A DNA stretch of 64,000 bases, from positions 434,001 through 498,000 of the forward strand of contig CBFDEM010000054.1 of NCBI GenBank assembly GCA_965603825.1, written 5' to 3'. Made by a program: the position numbers and the translations under genes. This DNA is from Blepharisma stoltei ATCC 30299. Taxonomy: Eukaryota > Protista > Ciliophora. Shown one piece after another: positions 26,023 through 39,112 of the stretch (positions within the stretch are counted from its first letter, which is position 1; each line of letters begins with the position of its first letter). The notes beneath the pieces were generated by a model, which was not told the origin of the DNA, did not search any database, and was given only the letters and a program-made list of their open reading frames with translations.

Positions 26023-28206
26023 ATGGCAGATGATTTTATTGATTACTTGAACTCTTTCAACATCCAAAGCTGCTTAGTTGCTTCGTCTATAGAAGATCTT
26101 AGAACTGGCATCCCTCTCTGTGACTTAATTTCTTATTTTTCCAAAAACCCCGCACTTGAAGGTGTGATACGGAAGGAATCTAAATATATTTCTAAAAAGG
26201 AGCAAAGCCTCCACAACCTTCAAATTGCTTTAAATGCTTTGAATTCCCCATGAACTCCTGAGCAAGTATATCAAAATCAAGAAATGCTCATTTCTCTTTA
26301 TCAAACTGTAGCAAGGATAAGCAAGCCATCAAATAATCAAAAAGTTTTGGAATTTCAAAGTCCAGAAGACAGCCCAAAAGCCCCTCTAAAGAAAAGAAAT
26401 AGCACTATTTGCTCCTTGGCATCATCAATAAGGCATGATCCTTTAAATTTTAGCTGTCCAGAATATTTAGAAGAAAGCACAGTGGTACATCCCTCCCCAT
26501 CTCCAATGCCAATGACTTCAAGTATAACTCCAATCACTGAAAATAGAAAATTAATCATTTGTGATTGGCTACTATCAATGAGAGTTTTACCAAAAAATGC
26601 GAAATTGGATGAAATTCCTGAAATTTGTAGTGATGGGAAATTATTTTGTGAAATTCTCAATCGAATTGCTGGGAGGACTAAAGCTATTCAAGGATATGAC
26701 AAAAACCCAAAAACCAAAACAGCTATGAAAGGAAACGTCCAAAAAGCCCTTAAATACCTGAAAAGTTTCCCTAAATTTTCAAGTCAAGTCCTATGAGATG
26801 TAGATCTGATTGTCAGCTCTGATAGCTATGCAGCTTGGCATTTGCTTGATGATATCAGAAATTTTTTCCCAAAATATGTTCCAAGAAGTCCAAGTTTATC
26901 TCTATTAAGAAAGACTCGAAACAACTCAATTGAAAGAAATAACAGTACTTCTCCTATATTAACTCAATCTTTTGTAAACAATAAATCCCAAGTACTTACT
27001 CGCCAAACTCCAAGTCCAACACCATCTACAATATATCCACGCTCAACTTCTTATACAAACACTACTACCCCTATCCCTTTTGAACCTACAGATTCTATGA
27101 GTTTAAATACCCAACAAAGAATTAGAGCTTGGCTATCTGGCTTAGAACTCGATCATTTATTAGATTTCCATTACAGGCATTTCTTACAGGATCCATTAAG
27201 AAATGGAACTCTTCTTTGCGAAGTTGTGAGCATTTTAGAGCAAAAAGTCCCAATTGTTAGAAATCCTGTAAGCATAAATGAAATAAGGAAAAATATAGAC
27301 AGCGCCATGTATGTACTTCAGAAAAGAAGAGTCCCTATACCTAGTATAGTGCTGAGGAATAAAGATAGCATAATCCAAGGAAATGCTGAGAGCACATGAG
27401 GATTATTGCATTCTTTAATGATACTGTATCCAATGGCCATCAAAAAGCAATCCGTTAATGAATCCATGAAGAGAGAAAGTAGCTTGCATAACGATAGTTC
27501 TTTTTTCAGCAAAAAGCCTATAAATAGAACGTCAAGCTTGGATTTTTCGCAAAGATTAAACATGAGTTTAGTGAACGATAAACCAAATACTAATACATGA
27601 AAAAGTAGAGGAAACCAAAGTATGATTTTCACCTCCTTCAATTCCTCCTTACTTAAAAATACAGAAAATAACGAAAACTACCAACTCAATAGATATGAGT
27701 CGCCAATTAATATTTCTGTAAGAAAACTTGTAAAAAACAAAACGAGCGCTTTTGATTGGTTTGATGTTAGCAAAACAATGGCCCCAGATACGCAAAAAAG
27801 TATCCTTAAATCAATTTTGCCTAATAATTATAAGTGGGTTTATAATATTGGAATCAGCATACCTAAAAGTCTGGATTTAACAGATGACGTTATTGAAGAT
27901 TTTCAAAGTGGTGTTCTCTTGAGCCAAATTGTATCAAAACTAGAAAAATATCCTATAAAAGGCATACAAATGAGCCCGAAAACAAGTGCGGCTATGCTGC
28001 ATAATATAAAGATGACTTTCGAAGTGTTGAAGACCAAAGCTAGCTTTAGCAGCAGACTGATGTTTGTAGAGGAAGAAATTTTGAAAGGAGATGGTAATAC
28101 AGTTAGAGATTTACTTGGAGAAATTTTTCGAATATATAGGCATACAATAGTTGTTTTATCGAAATTTAGAAGGGGCAGAATAGTGAAAAGTGAAACATTT
28201 ACATAA
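26023..28206 (+). CDS. protein with four calponin-homology-like domains
   Basis: Repeated (D/N)G..LC.(I/V)...N(I/V)..A(L/M)..L motifs; five ORFs in one frame linked by TGA (26251, 26794, 27397, 27598). Confidence 0.75.
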
Positions 28207-28548
28207 TTTTATTATAAATACCAATATGTTTGAAAATTTTTGCTTCTAGCTTAGCTATGATTTCTTTTGTTAATTTATCAGATATTTCTAATTACTGCGA
28301 AAAATAACATCATCTATGATTTATCTACCTGAGATATTTTTTTGTGAATTATAGTTGATCTATAAATGCGTCATTAAAATAATTTTTCTCTTTTTATTAA
28401 GCTCAACTATTTCCTAACATAAGTTTATTTTACGACTATATTTTTAAGGAGTTTATCTTTTCTAGTTGTTCATAGCATTTTAGTTAACTAAAAAAGAGAA
28501 AAATATTGATTTCTTTAAAGCTATTATAATATATTTCATCAAATTACA

Positions 28549-30261
28549 ATGATAGTTTGCCAACCGCAAGAATGCTTAAACTTATTTTCTTGATGCGTTT
28601 TTGAGAGAGAGTGAGCTGTTGAATAACAGCTGATAAACTAATTTAAATAAAAATAAAGAAAACTTTGTTGATGCAAATCAATTTCTTGATTGTGCGATTA
28701 TCACTTAAAAGATTATCTCAGAATAATATCAATTCAACATACATCTTCATGCTTTTTAATAATGAATTATATACCAGAAACAAAACAAGCTATTGCAACA
28801 ACAATAGAATTTATTATTGAAAGTTTAGAGAGTTATAATATGCAGCTAATTTCAGCTCAAAGTAATTATGCCTCTAACTTGAGCATGGAACTGTCTAAAT
28901 CCATTGAAAAAATTAATTCATCGCAACAATCTTACAAAAATATCTATATGCTCCTTCAGGAAAACAGAATTTTAAGCGGTACATTTTTCCAAGTAATATT
29001 ATATATTTCTAATAAATTTGAAGCCATTGACTTATTTATCAAACACTTGACTCTAAATTCTTTTGATGCTGAATCTCTGTATCAAGAATTTGAATGGAAT
29101 AATCTAAAAAAAAGCCCAGTCAAAAGCTTAATATCTGAAATTTTGACGATTGAGAATAGAATAAAAAGTATTTTATCAAGTTGATCAGATTCACCATTGA
29201 TGCCTTTTAAAATTTCTGTTATTCATCCAGATGACTATAAAGCAAAATGGGATGAAGTCAACGTTTTGAAAGCCGAAATTGGAAAGATTGATGATAATTA
29301 TCACAAAATACTATCTATTTATCCACCTTCGATCAATATGAAAACTATTGATAGTCTTGCTTTAATTTTTTTACAAAAAATCTATGGAGAATTTTTAAAT
29401 ATAAGAGAATTACTCAAAGAATTGTTAGCTCAAAAAGAGATTAATCTTAATCGCTATGAAAAGATTTTAAGCTTATACTGGAAAGGAGGAACCTGCGATA
29501 TAGTGATTACTTCATTTGACCCCAGAATGAGAGAAATCACAATTGATTCCACTGTAACTGATGTTGCTAAAGAAATGCCAGGTTCAATTGGTCCATGCTC
29601 ATCTATTATAGCTTTACCAAATTCTGAAATTTTTTGTTATGGTGTGCATGATATTTATGAGTGTTTTATCATGGACTGTAATCATCATATAAAGATTATT
29701 CCAATTACGCATAACTGCAAATTTGCTGGAATTGTATATTTTGAAAGCAACGTATTTGTCTTTGGAGGGCAGACGAGTTGGAAACCCCACCGGCGAGCAA
29801 GAAAATACAATTTTGCTATGAATAGCTGAGAAAAATTAGCAATGATGCCAAAACCTGCTTCCTCATGTGCGTGCTTAATATATAAGCAAAAAGTTTTACT
29901 TTCAGGGCGTGAGCATAGATTTCTGTACCTCTATGATATTAAATTAGATAGCTATTCTGAGATTGTTAATGGATTAGGCAAATCAAATAAGGTGCTGCTT
30001 GGTTCAGACTCAAAAGTATATATTATTGAAGAATCTGGGGGAATTTATGAAAGTGAAAGAGATAATGAATATAAATTTAATAGGGTTGGTAATTCTTCGC
30101 TTTGCAATGGTTCTGGGCAAAGCAATTGAGTTAACAAATATGGCTCAATTTATTTCAGCAAATGGATTGAAAATCACGGGATTAATTATTATTGCTTCGA
30201 CCTAAAAACAAAAAAGATAACTCTCGTGAAAGACTTGATATGGCAAGTTTATTTTCCTTAA
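28549..30261 (+). pseudogene. Kelch-repeat protein paralog 1; 5' end disrupted (insertion + frameshifts)
   Basis: Aligns throughout with 30501-32144; 28690-30261 is open with TGA=Trp, but 28576-28660 contains an insertion with TAA stops. Confidence 0.6.
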
Positions 30262-30500
30262 TTTATTTATTTATCCAATATTCTTCTATTTGCTCCTTGG
30301 AAACCTTAAAGTTCTGGCTAATAATTCTATTATTAGTTTATTTAAAATTGCATTTCTAAACTTTTACTATGCAAATATTTTTCGCCCTCATGCATAGATG
30401 CAGAAATCAAATTTCAAATAATAAGATGTAATGTTGTAACCAATGAAATAGTTAATCGATCTCTATTTTCCATTAAATTTCAAAACCCACTTAAATATAA

Positions 30501-32144
30501 ATGGCAGATTGCCAACAGCAAGGATGCTTGGAAAAGGCGATTTCATTTTGCGGATGTCAATCGATCTCTCTCATGTGCGAATATCACTTGAAAGACCACA
30601 TCCAAAACAATATTCACTCAAAACATAGTTTCAAATTTTTTCATAGCAAAATATATAGTGAAACTGTGCAAACTATTGAAAATTTTATAAAAATTATGAC
30701 TGGTGGCTTAGAAAGCTACAATAAGAAGCTAATTTCTGCTCAAAAACATGCTACTGCTAAATTGAGTAATGGCTTATCTCAATCCATGAAAGTTATTGAA
30801 TTCAGTAGAGCAATTTGGCTCACTTCAATTAGGGCTGTTTTCTCACCTGAAAACGATATATTTTCTCATTTAATTTTATCCAGCTCTACTAAGCTTGAAG
30901 TTATTGAATCGTTTACCAAATATTTAATAAAAAATTCTTTCAATCCAGAACTAATTTACAAAAAAATAAATTGGATAAACCAAAAACAAAGCAAAACCGA
31001 AAACCTTATTGTTGAAATTTGGATCACTGAGAAACGAATTAAAGAACTTTTAGCAAGTTGATCAAATTCACCATTGCTACCGTTTAAAATTTCATTTATT
31101 CATCAAGATGATTCTAAAATGCATTGGGATAAAGCTAATATTTTGAAAGCCGACATTGAGAAGATTGACAAAAACTATCGCAGAGTTGTAACTAATTATT
31201 CATCTTCAGATTCATTGAGGGCTAGCAGCGAACTTTCTTTGAAAATTTTAAAAAAAAATTATGAGGAATTTTTAAATATAAAAATTTTATTTTGCCAAAC
31301 TCTAGCTCAAAAAGAGATTTATCTTAGTCAATCCGAAAAAATTTTAAACTTATATTGGAAGGAAAATATAAATACTTTAGCAATGATTTCTTTTGACCCA
31401 AAAACTCAAAAAATTTGCCTTGATACTTCAATTATTGGGACAAATGACGACTGACCTTCTTTTGGTATAAGTTCATCTGTTATAACTCTACCAAACTCAG
31501 AAATTTTGTGCTATACTGTATGTGATAGGTATAAATCATTTATTACGAATTCCATTAATAAGAAAAGATTTATCATTGGCTCATTGTGTTCTCAAGGTTG
31601 AATTCATGAAGGCCTTGTTTATTTTGAAAACAACATTTTTGTTTTTGGAGGCTATGCCGCTTTTTCTCTTTCCCGGACTGCAAGAAAATATGATTTAAAA
31701 TTAAATAAATGGGAAGTACTAGTACCATTACCTAAGCCTGCTTCCTCATGCTCCTGCCTAGTTAATAAGCAAAAGATTTTATTATCAGGACGAGACAATA
31801 CATCATTATATCAGTATGATATAATAATCAACAGCTATTCTGTGATCCTAAATGGCTTATCCAAAAATAATAAATTACTTTTCAGATCAGATTCGAAGGT
31901 GTATATTATTGAAGGATACGGAGGAATTTACGAAAGTGAAAAAGACAATGAATATAAATTTACTATGATTAAAAATCCAGTGACTTGCAATGGATATGGA
32001 CAAAATTCATGAATCAGCAGAAATGGTTCGATTTATTACAGTATGTGGAACGAAAATTATGGCATTAATTATTATTCCTTCAACCTAAAAACCAAAAAAA
32101 TAATGCTTATCAAAGAGTTGATATGGAACACTTATTTTTCTTAA
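30501..32144 (+). CDS. Kelch-repeat protein with N-terminal Cys/His (B-box-like) motif, 547 aa
   Basis: CQQQGC..FCGC..CEYH..H..H N-terminus; IFVFGG, ARKYDL..NKW, ILLSG; single frame with TGA=Trp. Confidence 0.85.
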
Positions 32145-32168
32145 TTTTAATATAATTAACTTTTCAAT

Positions 32169-33656
32169 ATGTGGCTTTTAAGTTTTATATTTTTCGTACT
32201 TTCTGCTAATGCAGCTTATCAAGTTTTGACACAGGATTCTCAAATGGAGTATTTGCAATTTATAGTAACGAATGACATGGTATCGAATGATTTTATAATC
32301 CAGCTTTCGACAAAATCTCAACAAATCCCTCTGTTATTATTAGTCAAAGAAGGCGCGAAGCCAAGCTTTTATTTTAATAATTCAGCAGATTCATATCATA
32401 CTGACACTGATTATGAAGATTTTCAAGCATGAATTCAAAACTCAGACAACTCTTATGTAACCATTAAGGAAGATGACCTTACTCTTGGAAGTACGTTTTA
32501 TATTGGTATTTATTCAGAAATTCTCGGAATTTCTTATTCCATATCTAAATACTCAAAGGTAGACAGCAATGCATGCATTCCAGAGTGCATTGCAGCAAAT
32601 TATAGCACATGTACTGAAGGTGCTTGTCAGTGTTCTGGAAATTCTTCAGGCTATGACTGCGGCGTTACATATACAGTTATAAACTTTGATGATAATAGGA
32701 CTTATTTCTTAGCACCTAATCAATGAAACCTTTATATTTTTGATTGTCGTAGCACCTATGGCTTTACCATAGACATTGAGAAATATGCTGGAGATCCAAA
32801 ATTCTACTTTACTCCTTTTTACTCAGATTTGTATCTCCCAAGCATGTTTTTTAATTGATTTTATTTAACTTTTGGAGAAGCTAGAACACGAATAAGTAAA
32901 AACAAGGCAGATAATCAGTGGGCATGGTGAACTTATTCAGTTTTTTGCCATGGCGAAAGCAGCTGTGAATTTTCAATAGAAATTGATGATTACTCTCAGA
33001 CACTAAGTAGTAAGCTTATATGATGAATAGCTGTTATAGCCATTGTATCATTTTTATTATGCATAGTAGCTCCTTTTGCAATAAAGTCTATAGTTAGATC
33101 AAGATGGGCTGGAACGGCACAAACGAATTTTGAGAGGCAGACAAACCCATTAACGCCAGAAGAAATGGAGCTGCTTTTTCCGTCTGTTGAATGGGAAAAA
33201 CTAGGGAAAAATAAAGATACATGTGCTATTTGTTTAGAAGATTTTGAAGATAACGCAAAAGTTCGAAAATTAAGTTGCGATCACGTATTTCATACAGGCT
33301 GCATTGATGAATGAGCAAAGTCAAAGGCTAAATGTCCTTTGTGTAAGAAAATATTGAATTGTGGAGAAAATATAATTGATCCAGTTCTAGTAGTACCGGG
33401 AACAAATTCTCAATCAGAAAATCTGATTATAGAAGAAAATCAAGAGAATGAGGAAAGCAAAGAAGAAGAAAAAGAAAAAGAAGATAAAGAAGAAGAAAAA
33501 GAAAACGAAGAAAGCTTGCAATATGGGGAGGGCGAAAAAAACTATGAGGAGGAATGCTTATATGAAAATGAGGAAGCAAACGAAAATATAAAAGAGATTG
33601 AATTTGGTGGACATGAAATAACTATCCAAGGTAAAAAAAAAGACGTAAAAGCATAA
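32169..33656 (+). CDS. type-I membrane RING-H2 E3 ligase (signal peptide, EGF-like, TM, RING-H2, acidic tail)
   Basis: Signal peptide; CIPEC..CTEGACQC..GYDC; TM; CAICLEDF..CDHVFHTGCIDEW..CPLC; 7 in-frame TGA. Confidence 0.85.
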
Positions 33657-34472
33657 GTGGTGAAGAGATAATATTAAACTAATTGTAATTATGTAAATTC
33701 AAAAAGACCATTGATAAATGTTCAGCAAATTCAAATTAATAAGTAATTCTCCAAATGAAAGATCGAAACCTAAGTTTAGTTGTTTTCATAATAAATAATT
33801 CAAATTTTATTCATATTATGTATCCAAAACAGCCATTAATTAGCAGAATCAATAATCACAAGCATCTAATTTATCTTAGCCTATCTTTTCAAGCTGTATA
33901 AAATGCAGTATTTTGCAGGAATCCATTTTAATATTAAAATTTATTTTCAATTCTTTCATAGCTAAACCTGGTATCTGGCAAAACTTTTCAAATGAAGATT
34001 ACTTCAGTTATAAAATTTTCAGTCCCAGCAATACTCTGACTATAGGATCAAGCTTTTCACGCGCTTTATTATAACTATATTATGCATCTAACGCCTGAAA
34101 TTAGCACTAATTTAAAGTTTTAGAGGGTAATATCGTGCTACACTGGTAGATAATTGCTTTATAGGCAAATTAGTTCTTATTTCTCACTTTTAGATATCAA
34201 ATATTCAGCTATTTGCCAATAAGACCCCCATCAAATAAATACAAAAGCATCTCCCTATTATAACAAAAATATTAAGAAAAAATATTCCTATGGTATTAAG
34301 TATGACTCATAATTATAAAAAAATTATCGTGTCCACTCAGCCTGCTTCTTGATTGCTCAATAAACTGTGCTGAATATTCTACCCTCTTCAGAAAAAATCC
34401 GCCAATAGTTTTCAAGATTGCCAAAAAAATGGTGATTTTAGCGTGGAATTTGAAATGAAAATTATAATTAAT

Positions 34473-35000
34473 ATGGCTAAAGCAGCACCAAAATCAAAAC
34501 AAACAAGCAAAGCAGCACCAAAGAAAGCAGCACCAAAGAAGGTCATTACCAAAAAGGCAGCAGCTCCTAAAAAGGCAGCTGTCAAAAAGCAGGCCGCTAA
34601 GCCTAAGGTTGAAGAAAAGAAAGTAGAAGCACCTGCACAAGCAGCTCCAGCCCCAGTTTCAAAGAAAGCCCCAAAGAAAGCTGCACCTAAGAAAACACCA
34701 AAAGCTGCACCAAAAAAGACTGTACCTAAATCACCAAAATCTCCAAAATCACCAAAGTCTCCTAAGGTTGAGGCAGTCCCAGAGCCAGCACCTGTTGAAG
34801 AGAAAAAGACACCTGCTAAAGCTGCTGACAAATCTCCTAAACCAAGTGCTAAAAAATCAGGACCTACTCCTAAGAAAACTACAACTCCAAAGAAAACCCC
34901 AGTTAAGACACCTAAAAAGACTCCTGGGAAATCAGCAAGCAAAGCTTCAGCTTCTAAAAGTGTTAAATCATCAGGAAAGGCGATATCGCGCAAAAAATAA
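34473..35000 (+). CDS. ciliate-type (globular-domain-less) histone H1-like protein
   Basis: K/A/P-rich throughout with many SPK and TPKK motifs; no winged-helix domain. Confidence 0.75.
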   Translation: MAKAAPKSKQTSKAAPKKAAPKKVITKKAAAPKKAAVKKQAAKPKVEEKKVEAPAQAAPAPVSKKAPKKAAPKKTPKAAPKKTVPKSPKSPKSPKSPKVEAVPEPAPVEEKKTPAKAADKSPKPSAKKSGPTPKKTTTPKKTPVKTPKKTPGKSASKASASKSVKSSGKAISRKK

Positions 35001-35316
35001 ACTGCCTAAATAATAAACTTTCCATTTTATAAATTTGTAAAATAATGACTAATAGGTATCATCCATTTTAAACGTGTGTTTTAGATTTCTTAAGATTATT
35101 ATTATAATCAATTCCAGAATTTCTCTGTATAAAGCATAATTATTGAATTCTAAATATAATAAAAAAGAGAACTAGAGAAATCTTTAGTTCGTGTAACGCC
35201 ATAGAACATAATAAGCATATAACATTTAACAATTTTTTTTTATCTTAAAATTTAATACGTCCAAATAATTTTATGGAAAATAAATATTTAATTCTTATTA
35301 TCGTTTTTTTCATCAG

Positions 35317-36954
35317 CTATATCTTGTTCTGATTCTTTCCTGATTCTTGTTCTGATTCTGATTCTGATTCTTTTACCTCGTTGCTTTCCTCTTCCTTGCT
35401 TTTAAATATTGGTATCCGCTTATTGATGGCTGCATCGCTTTTTTCGTTATTAGCTTTCTCATCAATCTCTATTGACTTTTTTTTCTCTTGCTCGCTAATT
35501 TCATTTGAATTGTATATTGGATTTTCAGATTCTCCCTTAATTTGCTTTACTTTATTTTCTTGATCTTTCTCTTCATCAGTTTTCTTGTCTTTTACTTGTT
35601 TTTCTGAAATGATAATTTCTTTCTGGTCTATTGGCTTGTTATCAATCTCACTCTGATTATTTTTATCGCTATTCTTTTTATCAGAGGAACCTCTTGAAGG
35701 TGTTGAGTCTTCAACACTTTGATCTTTATCTTCGATTAGCTTCTGTTTGCATACTGGGCAGAAGCCATTTATCTTGCTCCATCTATCAATGCATTTTAAA
35801 TGAAAAATATGCTTGCAATTTAACATTCTTGCCTTTTCTCAGTTTTCAAATGCTTTGGAACAAAAAGAGCAAGCGCAAAACTCTTTTCCAAAAACGTCCC
35901 ATTGCATTTCAGGGAAGTAATCATCCATTTCATCACTGGTTAAGCACTTTTCCTTTTCTCTAACTACTCTAGCTTCTTTTTCTTCTTCAACTCTTTGGCA
36001 GCCTTTCCTGCATACACAAAAAGCCATGCCCAGGAATGGAAGACCAACACAGACACAAAGTGGAACAAGTCATGTTTCTATTAAGCCAGAGCTATCTGAA
36101 GAATCTTTATTAATCTTTATACTGAATGTACAATTTTCATCAGTTTTTGGACAATGGACTGCGTATATTCAATAATTTAAATCATTTTTAATTTCACGGG
36201 TGATAGTATCATTTTCTCCAAAGCTCATATTGAAAGTCTGTGCAAATGCTCCTGGTAAAAATCCTTTTATGTCTTCCTCTTGAGTTAAATTTTTAAAATA
36301 TAACTCTGGCTCCCCAATGTTTTTGACCACTTTTATTGTGTAATCTTTTCCTAAAGGGTCGTAATAAAAGAATTGCCATTGATCAGATTCGAGAGAAACT
36401 GTTTGATTTTTCGCATTCTTTGCTTGGTTCATAGGGGTATCACACAGCCTTCCTAAATGTCCCCTATATGGACAAACACAGTTCCCCTTTTTACACTTAC
36501 TATCTAGAGAACAATTTTGATAGCAATTAACAGTATCATTTTTTTGTCTATCATTGAGTATATATGAAACTCCCATATACTCTGAATAGACTCCAATTTT
36601 ATAGGCATCTCCTTCTTTTAGCAAGCTCTTAGGAATCACTATTCAGCTTGAAGTCTCATTTTTACTTCATGCATCAAAATCATAGTAGTCTGCATCATGA
36701 TCATAGGTGCCACTTGTTATATTGAAACTAAAGCTTGGATTTATAGATTTTTTTGCCATAAGTAAGACAGGAACTTTTGGAGTCTTTGATGCTAGCTCTA
36801 TTATAATATCACTCTTCCAGTGAAGTGTGGCGTTGTCTACCGTTCATGTAGCAATATACATCGGAGAAACTTGTGTAACGTCCTCTCTTCACTCCAAGGC
36901 AGATATTCCTAAAATTGCCAGAACTTCTATCAATTTGACGAAATTATAGAACAT
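35317..36954 (-). CDS. type-I membrane EGF-TM-RING-H2 E3 ligase, paralog of 32169-33656
   Basis: Signal peptide; shared P(L/V)LL..K...PSF, DF.AW, IG.YSE..G.SY, EGF, QW and G.P..YF motifs; CSFC..CKHIFHLKCIDRW..CPVC; single frame with TGA=Trp. Confidence 0.85.
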
Positions 36955-37222
36955 ATTTATTACATAAAATTCTTGATTTTCAGCTATCTATTCAAGACAA
37001 AAATGTCTCTCTTTAATTAACTAATTTAACTACTAATTCTCTTTCAACATATACTTGAACCTATCATCCATATGCCTGCTATAAATGAATAGATAGTGCT
37101 ACCAAAATTAGATTCGATTCAAAATTAATAAAATTAATAGAAGCCAAGTTTTCAGAGCAATATTAAAGAGAGATTAAGATAAAATAATAATTTCTACCCA
37201 GACTTAAAAATTAAATGATTGA

Positions 37223-38551
37223 TTACAAAATGCAAGCTAATTTCTTTGTTTCTAAATCAAATCTGTAAAAAATTGTTTTATCATACGATGCTACTCCGAA
37301 AAAGATTGAATTATTATTATAAGTTCTGGAAGACATGAAGCCAATTATTGGGTTCGAGGCGCTAATTTCATTTCAATTGTATTCATCAAAAAGTCCACTT
37401 TCATATGTCTTATCACAAGAATTAAAAACATAGGCTCTTCCTTTCGCTGATGCTAAAACTTTGTTGTAGCTTATATTAAAAGTGAGTATTTTCGAATAAC
37501 TGTTTAATTCAATGTCATACTTATATAAAATGTCATGGTTACTACCAGAGATTAATATGCTTTCTTTGAAAGCCAAGCAAGAGCAGAAAGGAGAATTTTT
37601 AGGCATTGAGCAAAGCTTACTTCATTTTCCTCTTTTTAAGTCAAACTTTTCCACAGAGTCTAAATCTTTAGTTCCAAATCCTCCGAAAACATAAACATTA
37701 TCTTCAAAGTATATGGATCCACACATAAATCGAGGTTGTCCTGATTTCAATATTTTAACATCTAATTGGGAATTAATTATGCAAGTTGTCCCTCTTGCAG
37801 GATATTCATTTCCAAAGCAAAACAGTTGGTCATCAGGAAGCTGCGTTATGCATGTTCCTACTGAAAGCTGCTTTGGAAAGTTGATGTTTATAAATTCTTG
37901 AGTTTTGGTTTCTGTGTCATAGATTATAAAATTTCCTTCATCGCAAATATCTTTAGGAAATAAATATAATTGTTTATTGCTATAAATATCAAAACTTCTC
38001 TTCTTTTGAAAAAGCTTTATCAATAAAGTTTCTAACTTATCAAGAAATTTGTATTGTGTAAAATAAGCATTAAGTGAAGTCTTAATCTCTGAATAGCTAT
38101 TCATTAATAATCCTAAACTTATATGGTTCTCAATATAATTTCTAATCGTTTGGCACTCTGCTTTTAAAGATGTAATTAAATAATGAATTTTATCAATCTC
38201 TGATCATTTTTCAATAAATTCTTCATAGCAAGAGAATGTTAAACAGAATTGCTTATCATAGAAACAATAAAAATTCCCAATTAGCTGACTGAATTCTCTT
38301 TTCAAATCATTAATTTTAGAAATTGTTTGTGTCATTTCCTCAAAAAAATTGTTTACTAAATGCTGTGGAATTTGTTGATCCTTAAAATTTGCATTATCTC
38401 TTTTATCAACAGATTGGTAAATGATTTGTATTGTCTCAAATAATGTGCTTTCATCTGTTTTACTTCAATTTTGATGTATTAAATCTTGATTTCTCCTATC
38501 ACTGCAAAAGTTTAAATGACTTAATCCGTGAAAAGGATGAGCATTTTCCAT
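37223..38551 (-). CDS. Kelch-repeat protein paralog 3 (~442 aa)
   Basis: QLPDDQLFCFG, YFEDNVYVFGG, EKFDL..W, CSC..ILISG..LYKYDI..NSYS and IYES-like motifs shared with paralogs 1 and 2; frame open from MENAHPF at 38551. Confidence 0.8.
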
Positions 38552-39112
38552 CTTGAATTATTTGAAGAATTATATGTGGGAGTAAAGACAATTTATAAAT
38601 ATATTTAATGCCTAGGGCCGTAATAGCTAAAACATAACTGGAAGCAGAAAAAAAATTTTCACCAACTCTGTTATAAGCCTCTTTAAATATATCATTTTCT
38701 TCCACTAGTAATTTCATTAGAATTAAATGCTCGAAGTTGCGATCGTATTAATTAATTCAATTGAGAAAAGAAAGTCACCACCCAATTCATTTTATTAAAT
38801 AAGTAATTTTTATTTTTTATTGGGAAATCAAATTAATAGTAACAATAAGCAAATTATTTGACACAACACGAACTTGAAGGCTAACTCTCATATAATCCTA
38901 CTAGCATCAAAGATATTGTGTTAGCCTCAGTTATATTGATTTAAAAAATGAGTGATAAGTTTCAAATAATAAAGTAATATTTGAATAAATTTTTTGCTTT
39001 TTATTTGAAGATCCTCAAATATATATATAATAATTCAAAATTAGTTCAGCAATTCTAAAAATTTACAATAAATCTGATTAGAAGTGTTATATAAATAATT
39101 ATCCAATTTTTT

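Noticed and set aside
38499-38717. 72-aa minus-strand ORF upstream of Kelch paralog 3
   Set aside because: Different frame from the Kelch gene, no homology, AT-rich; probably 5' flank
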